Assembly (NCBI RefSeq): GCF_000284115.1
Contig: NC_017080.1
Location: 1,050,001-1,082,000, forward strand
Origin: Phycisphaera mikurensis NBRC 102666
GTDB taxonomy: Bacteria > Planctomycetota > Phycisphaerae > Phycisphaerales > Phycisphaeraceae
DNA: 32,000 nt
Direction of reading: 5' to 3'
A program made the translations under genes and the position numbers. How positions within the stretch are numbered: position 1 is the stretch's first letter; each line of letters starts with the position of its first letter. Shown here one piece after another: positions 27,060-32,000 of this stretch. The notes beneath the pieces are model-generated. The model was not told where the DNA came from and ran no database searches. It saw only the letters and a list, made by a program, of their open reading frames with translations.

Positions 27060-27431
27060 TCACCCGGGATCGGGAACGGCGTGAGGCCCCTCCTCGATCA
27101 TCCGCTGGATGTCCGCCATGTGCGCCTTGGCGGCCTCCTGATCTTCAGCGTTCAGCAACTCCCGCGCCACGCCGAAGCCGGTCATGAACATCCCCGCCTC
27201 GCGGCTGCTGTCGTTGACGGCAACCTCGTCGGTGTCGGCCGCGAGCCCGGCTTGGTAGCCGGTGATGTAGGGGTCGGCCAACCCGCTCGACAGGATGCTC
27301 TTGGTCCGGAGGACGGTCCTCTGGTAGAGCACGCTTCCGAGCGTCGTGTCGACCTTGCTGTCGCAGCCCGCGAGCGACCAGGCGAAGCCGACGACCAGCA
27401 GGCACAGGAACATTCGATTCCGCATCTTCAA
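27060..27431 (-). CDS. Small putative lipoprotein of unknown function
   Basis: MKMRNRMFLCLLVVGFAWSLAGCDSK with a lipobox LAGC; 123 aa. Confidence 0.7.
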   Translation of the reverse strand: MKMRNRMFLCLLVVGFAWSLAGCDSKVDTTLGSVLYQRTVLRTKSILSSGLADPYITGYQAGLAADTDEVAVNDSSREAGMFMTGFGVARELLNAEDQEAAKAHMADIQRMIEEGPHAVPDPG

Positions 27432-27497
27432 CAGCCCTGCTTACGCTTCTGCTTCGTGTAGACGCCGAGAGGAAGCGGCGTGCGATCGACCGGCGAG

Positions 27498-27513
27498 GCG
27501 GAGTCACCTCCGC
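27498..27513 (-). terminator. Candidate hairpin downstream of the prepilin-like gene, no U-tract
   Basis: GCGGAG-TCAC-CTCCGC (plus-strand reading), 14 nt past the TAG at 27529-27527. Confidence 0.3.
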
Positions 27514-27526
27514 GAGCCATTGCCCG

Positions 27527-28408
27527 CTAGTACTTAGGCGACCGTCCACCCGCGTACGTGGAGGTGGTGTTGTCCGGGAGCGTCTGGAGGCCGCCCATCC
27601 AGAAGTCGCTTCCGAGGTCGGTGTCGTAGTAGGGGTTGTCGAGCGCAAACGTCACATTGGCGGCGCGACCATCCATGAAAGCCGCGTTGACGTTGCCCTG
27701 CGAGGCGTTCGGATCGTTGGAAGCATCGCCGCCGTGCCAATCGGCGTACTTGAGGTTGTTCTCGGGGGTGCCGGCGATGTTGGGGACGAACCAATCGTTG
27801 TAGGCGACGAGATAAGGCGTGCCCGCGATCGGCCAGTTGACGCGAGGGATCTCCACCCAATCCACCATGAGCATCATCTCGGATGCGGAAGTGATGCTGT
27901 CGTAGTTGATGGTCTCCCTCGGGGAACCGCCGTACCAGCTCGGGTCGACTCCCATCGCTTGGTTCATCCCGTAGCTCACGTTCGCTTCCCAGAACGGATT
28001 CGTGTAACGATCGGCGACGCTCTCATCGAGCGGGCAGACGAGGAAACCCGCTTCGTTCGAAGCCTCCTGGTAGGTGTCGTTGCCCGCAAAGCTGCTGTCG
28101 TTCGTGACCCCGGGAATCCGCGACATGAACTCGTTGGACTCGTACCAGTGGCTGGTGCCGCCGTCCGCATCGGCCCACTGCGCGGGCGCGAGGATCCCGT
28201 TCCGGTCGTTCATGTAGCTGAATTGCGCGATCCCGAACTGCTTGATCTGCGACAGGCACTGCATCGACTTCGCGGCGGTGCGGGCGGCACCGAGTGCCGG
28301 CAGAAGGATGCCCACCAGCAGGGCGATGATCGAGATCACCACCAGCAGCTCGATGAGCGTGAAGCCGGGGCGGGAGGGTCTGCCTTGGAGGGAGAGCGGC
28401 GGGAGCAT
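27527..28408 (-). CDS. Type II secretion/prepilin-like protein with N-terminal methylation motif
   Basis: [48 protein letters not shown]; C-terminal region KYADWHGG...[17 protein letters not shown] typical of Planctomycetes prepilin-like proteins. Confidence 0.88.
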   Translation of the reverse strand: MLPPLSLQGRPSRPGFTLIELLVVISIIALLVGILLPALGAARTAAKSMQCLSQIKQFGIAQFSYMNDRNGILAPAQWADADGGTSHWYESNEFMSRIPGVTNDSSFAGNDTYQEASNEAGFLVCPLDESVADRYTNPFWEANVSYGMNQAMGVDPSWYGGSPRETINYDSITSASEMMLMVDWVEIPRVNWPIAGTPYLVAYNDWFVPNIAGTPENNLKYADWHGGDASNDPNASQGNVNAAFMDGRAANVTFALDNPYYDTDLGSDFWMGGLQTLPDNTTSTYAGGRSPKY

Positions 28409-28577
28409 GGCGAACCTTTCAAGGGGGAGCGGGAGACTCGGTGGGGGAGGTGCAGGCGAAGGGAGCGGGCGAGGCGGTGGGCCGCGGGCTCCGGGTGGCT
28501 TCCGGGATGTTCTGATTGACGGAAGGACTTCTACAGGATAACCGAACACTCACGCGGCCCAAAGCCCAGTGCGAGAA

Positions 28578-28590
28578 AGGCGTCGCGCCT
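28578..28590 (-). terminator. Weak candidate terminator hairpin (AGGCG-CGA-CGCCT followed by TTC on the minus strand)
   Basis: 5-bp stem starting at the last base of the TGA stop. Confidence 0.3.
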
Positions 28591-30035
28591 CATCGCGGAT
28601 CGCGGGGACCCGACGCCGCCGGATCCGGGAGCCGGATGTCCAGCAGCACCGGCTGCTCGTACCGCGCGTCGCCCGGATCGTCCGAGAAGCCGCCGTTCAC
28701 CTGACTGAAAATCCGAGTTCCGTCTGCGCTCCGCACGTTCGTGTAAGTCCCGACGGGGACGTAGCCGTGGTGCTCGAAGAGGTGGGGCGCGAGGAAGGCG
28801 AGCACGGTGCGGGTGTGGTCCTGGAGGTCGTAGCGGACGAGCGGAACCCCGGAGGCGCGTCCGGACCAGGTGGAGTCCACGACGTAGTAGAGGCTCCGGC
28901 CGTCGAGCCCGAGCGTGAGGTCGGTCAGCCAGGTCCCCGGGTTCCAGGCCGGTCCGATCTCCCGGATCGAGGGCACCTCGCCCCGCAGGGCATACAGGGT
29001 GCCGAGCTGGCTGACGACGACGAGTTCGCCGTCGGGGGTGAGGCGGCGGGTGGAGCCGCGGATCGGGCTGTCGGTGCGGAGGCCCGTGCGACGCAGCCAG
29101 CCGGAGGTGTCGCCGCCGGCGGCCGCGGCGGCGTCGATCAGCACGACCTCGGACGGGCTCGGGGGCGTGCTGCTGAAGAAGCGGCCGGAGCCGGGGTCGA
29201 GCACGAGGCTCCGGCGCTCGAGCTTGGGCCGCTGCGGGTCGTCCTCGACGGGCAGGCCGGCGTAGAGGACCTCGCCCGCCGCGGTGTCGTACACCAGGAG
29301 GCTGCCGTGGCTGTGCCCGTTCTCCGGCCCGTCCCAGACCGTGCCCGACGGCGCCTCGCCGGGCCCGAGGTCCGGGTGGAGGTAGAGCCCGCGTTCGCCA
29401 ACGGCAACGAGCCGGTGGCGTTGGGTGTCCCAGCGTTGCATGGGCCAGCTGTCCGTCGCCAGCGGCACGCCGAGGGACTCGCTGTCGCCGGTGAAGAGGT
29501 TGTGCTTGAAGAGCCGTCCGCCGGGGTAGCCGTTGCCCCAATCCCGCTTCCGGGGGTAGTCGCCGTAGAAGGAGAGGGCGTAGGCGGTGCCGTCCGGAGC
29601 GACGTCGAGCGCGGTGTGCAGCTTGCCGTCGCCGAGCTCGCCGGGTCGCCGGTCCCAGCCGGCGGTGTCGCGCGTCGACATCACCCGCTGCATCCGGGCC
29701 GTCTCCGGGTCGTAGGTGATCAGCCACGCGTCCGCACCGGGAGCGGTCAAATGGTTGCCGATCGCAAAGAGGAAGCGGCCTTCGGGCGTGAGCGTTCCCT
29801 GGCCCCAGCCGCCGTAGACGCCCGGCTCGGGCATCACCTCCGGGTCGAGCGGGACCACGTGGAAGCCGATCTCCGGCGCGGTCTTGGCGATCGAGAAAGG
29901 CGGGGTGTCCGGGGGCATCTCCGCCGGGGCGCTGCGCCAGGCGTCGCGGTCGTTGGGCCCGGTGGGCTCGGCGGTGGAGGAGCCGGCGGCGAGGAGGGCC
30001 ATGAGCAGGAGTCCGGGGTTGGGGGGCAGACGCAT
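28590..30035 (-). CDS. Secreted beta-propeller-like protein (full-length paralogue of the 1..902 fragment)
   Basis: Signal peptide-like MRLPPNPGLLLMALLAAGSSTAEP; repeated blade-like motifs (TLTPEGRFLFAIGN, ALDVAPDGTAYALSFYG, TLGLDGRSLYYVVDSTW). Confidence 0.72.
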   Translation of the reverse strand: MRLPPNPGLLLMALLAAGSSTAEPTGPNDRDAWRSAPAEMPPDTPPFSIAKTAPEIGFHVVPLDPEVMPEPGVYGGWGQGTLTPEGRFLFAIGNHLTAPGADAWLITYDPETARMQRVMSTRDTAGWDRRPGELGDGKLHTALDVAPDGTAYALSFYGDYPRKRDWGNGYPGGRLFKHNLFTGDSESLGVPLATDSWPMQRWDTQRHRLVAVGERGLYLHPDLGPGEAPSGTVWDGPENGHSHGSLLVYDTAAGEVLYAGLPVEDDPQRPKLERRSLVLDPGSGRFFSSTPPSPSEVVLIDAAAAAGGDTSGWLRRTGLRTDSPIRGSTRRLTPDGELVVVSQLGTLYALRGEVPSIREIGPAWNPGTWLTDLTLGLDGRSLYYVVDSTWSGRASGVPLVRYDLQDHTRTVLAFLAPHLFEHHGYVPVGTYTNVRSADGTRIFSQVNGGFSDDPGDARYEQPVLLDIRLPDPAASGPRDPR

Positions 30036-30108
30036 GGGAGGCGGCTCGGTGGTGGCTTGCGCAATCGACGTGCCCGGAGATCCGCCGGGCGGGCTGGGGC
30101 GGAGAGCG

Positions 30109-32000
30109 TCAGGTCGCGAGGGCCGCGGCGCGCTCGCGGTAGAGCGACGGATCGATGGCCGCGGTCATGGCGTCGGCGGCTTCGGGCCGGCCGAGGAAGG
30201 CGGCGACGGCTTCCAGCGTCGCGGGGTCCCGCTCGACCAACGCTCGGTGCGGGACCCGGATCCAGCGGGTGTCGGCCCGCCGGGCGAGGGCGTTCTGGGC
30301 GCGGCGGGTGCCGGCCTCGTAGGCGAGTCGGAGCGCGGTCGGGTCGCCCGCACGCCGGCCCTGCCGGCGGAGCATCGTCCGCTGGGAGGCGATCACCTCG
30401 TCGAGGTCCCGCTCCATCCAGAGCACGCGGTACGCGTGGCCGACCGGGAGGCGGTCGACCAGCGCGTGGATCACCTTGATGGCCCTGCCGGCCGCGTCGG
30501 CGACCACGCCCGCGTCCTCGGCCAGCCGGGTGACCGCCTCGTGCTCGAAGTAGCCGCGGCGGTTGCTCTCGTCGGCTTGGCGGCGGCCATCGGTGAGCGG
30601 CGGGACGCCCGCCGCCGCCAGCATCTGCATCGCGAGGCTGGTGCCCGCACGCGGCAGCCCGCTCACCACCCAGACGGTGCCGGCGTCCGGCGGCGGGAGG
30701 TCGTCGGGATCGTCGCTGCGGGCCTCGGCGGGAGCCGTCGGGTCCGGGCGATCCGCGGGAGCCGGTTGCCCGATGCCCCGGAGCGCGAGGCGGTGACGCA
30801 CGGCCTCGTCCTGGCGGCCGTTGCGGGCGTGCAGACATTCCAGCAGGCGGTGGGCTCGCGCGAAGCCGGGGTGCTGGTGGAGGGCGACGTTCAGCGCCGC
30901 GATGGCCTCGTCGTCGCGCCCGAGGTTCGCCAGCGCCATCCCCAGGTGCAGGTGGGCCCGCGGCAGGAAGAAGGCGCATCCGATCGCGTCCAGCGCTGCC
31001 TCGGCGGCGGCCTCCCAATCCCGACGGTGCAGGTGGACCTGAGCGAGGCCGTCGTGAGCCGCGGGGTCGGCGTCGTCGATCGCGAGGACCGCGCGGAAGG
31101 CGGATTCGGCGGCACCGGCATCGGTGCGGCGGAGCGCGAGCTGCGCCCGCAGGCGGTGGACCTCCGCCGCCTGCGCCGGGTCCGCGGGCAGCTCGGCGGC
31201 CCGCCGCTCCATCTCCCGCTCGTCACCTTCTGCGAAGGCCACCTGCGCCCGCAGCGCCTCCACCTGCTCGGCGACCTCCGCTTCCTCGGTCGCGATCCCG
31301 TCGAGCACGCGCACCGCCGCGTCCGCATCGCCTCGCTTCAGGTGGCAGGCCGCGACCGAGAGCCAGCTCCGCGGCTCGTCGGGGAACTCGGCCGCCATCG
31401 CCTCCGCCACGCGCATCGCGTCGTCGAAGCGCTCCGCGTCGAAGTAGGAGGTCATCTCGCGGTGCGTGTTCGCGATGCGCGTGTCGCGGATCGCCTCCGC
31501 GGCGTCCTCGCCCGGATCGGCGATGTAGCCCAACTCGACCAGCTGCCGCAACGCCTGCCGCTCCTGCTCGGGGTCGCCGCGGTGATCCGCGGGGTGCATC
31601 CCGCTGCCCTCGACGGCGGTCGCCTCCCAGTCCACCGGCAGCACCGGCGGCGTGCCCTCCGGCAGCGTGTCCAGCAGCGGCCGGCCGTCGAAGCCCAGCC
31701 CCGGCGGCAGGCCCAGCAGCGCCAGCACGGTGGGCGCGACGTCCAGCAGCGAAGCGCCGTAGACGCCGCGGCCGGGCCGCACCCCGGGGCCGCTCATCGC
31801 GAGGATCCCCAGCGGACGGTGCCAGCTGACCGGGTTGCTTCTCTCCGCGGGCCCCGGCGGGCGCAGGTCACCGTCCTGGTACCCGTGATCGGAGCACAGG
31901 ACGATGGTGGTCTCCTCGCCCACCGTCTGCATCAAGGCGTGCAGCATCATGTCGAAGAAGCGGTACACGCCGGTCATCACGCCGCTGTACATCTCGAAGA
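30109..32000 (-). CDS. Partial (runs off the right edge) multidomain protein: type I phosphodiesterase/nucleotide pyrophosphatase-like C-terminal part + TPR repeats + sulfotransferase domain
   Basis: TIVLCSDHGYQDGD...GASLLDVAPTVLALLGLP; several 34-residue TPR-like repeats (RAHLHLGMALANLGRDDEAIAALNVALHQHPGFARAH); VWVVSGLPRAGTSLAMQMLAAAG 5'-PSB-like loop and IDPSLYR end. The reading frame stays open upstream of ATG 31992 (FEMYSGVM). Confidence 0.85.
   Translation of the reverse strand, partial: FEMYSGVMTGVYRFFDMMLHALMQTVGEETTIVLCSDHGYQDGDLRPPGPAERSNPVSWHRPLGILAMSGPGVRPGRGVYGASLLDVAPTVLALLGLPPGLGFDGRPLLDTLPEGTPPVLPVDWEATAVEGSGMHPADHRGDPEQERQALRQLVELGYIADPGEDAAEAIRDTRIANTHREMTSYFDAERFDDAMRVAEAMAAEFPDEPRSWLSVAACHLKRGDADAAVRVLDGIATEEAEVAEQVEALRAQVAFAEGDEREMERRAAELPADPAQAAEVHRLRAQLALRRTDAGAAESAFRAVLAIDDADPAAHDGLAQVHLHRRDWEAAAEAALDAIGCAFFLPRAHLHLGMALANLGRDDEAIAALNVALHQHPGFARAHRLLECLHARNGRQDEAVRHRLALRGIGQPAPADRPDPTAPAEARSDDPDDLPPPDAGTVWVVSGLPRAGTSLAMQMLAAAGVPPLTDGRRQADESNRRGYFEHEAVTRLAEDAGVVADAAGRAIKVIHALVDRLPVGHAYRVLWMERDLDEVIASQRTMLRRQGRRAGDPTALRLAYEAGTRRAQNALARRADTRWIRVPHRALVERDPATLEAVAAFLGRPEAADAMTAAIDPSLYRERAAALAT

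Noticed and set aside
28495-28530. CTTCC...GGAAG inverted match near the prepilin promoter, considered as a fourth operator
   Set aside because: The spacer is about 17 nt and the arms point the wrong way compared with the CGGAAY-N5-RTTCCG sites; likely chance.

Overview
The window is a high-GC bacterial segment. Composition, signal peptides, the prepilin-like protein and gene content look Planctomycetes/Phycisphaerae-like, but that is inference. It has three blocks. (1) About 0.97-6.5 kb, + strand: an SDR oxidoreductase, an IclR-family regulator, a saccharopine/lysine-6-dehydrogenase-like protein, an ALDH7-type alpha-aminoadipate semialdehyde dehydrogenase, and an NAD-dependent epimerase. (2) About 6.7-25.9 kb: a glycan-degradation-like island. 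A minus-strand run of eight genes (23888 down to 9122) encodes two large secreted TIM-barrel-like proteins, a GH42/clan-A-like protein, a sugar isomerase, a Gfo/Idh/MocA oxidoreductase, an unclassified secreted hydrolase-like protein, an HDAC-superfamily deacetylase and a GH38/DUF5054-like protein. It is flanked by a third TIM-barrel paralogue (6723..9023, +) and a divergent CBM9-containing protein (24022..25935, +). (3) About 26-32 kb, minus strand: a truncated glycosidase remnant, a small lipoprotein, a prepilin-like protein, a beta-propeller-like protein, and a phosphodiesterase-TPR-sulfotransferase fusion. The most interesting observations are: two families of putative glycan-active enzymes I cannot assign to a known class; a 17-bp CGGAAY-N5-RTTCCG-like palindrome at three promoter-like positions; a 46-bp hairpin element with identical 10-bp arms and identical 26-nt loop length found twice just after stop codons; a 106-bp long inverted repeat with nested hairpins in a convergent intergenic region; and a probably broken paralogue at the left edge. 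No CRISPR array, transposase, tRNA or rRNA was recognised. No database searches were possible.
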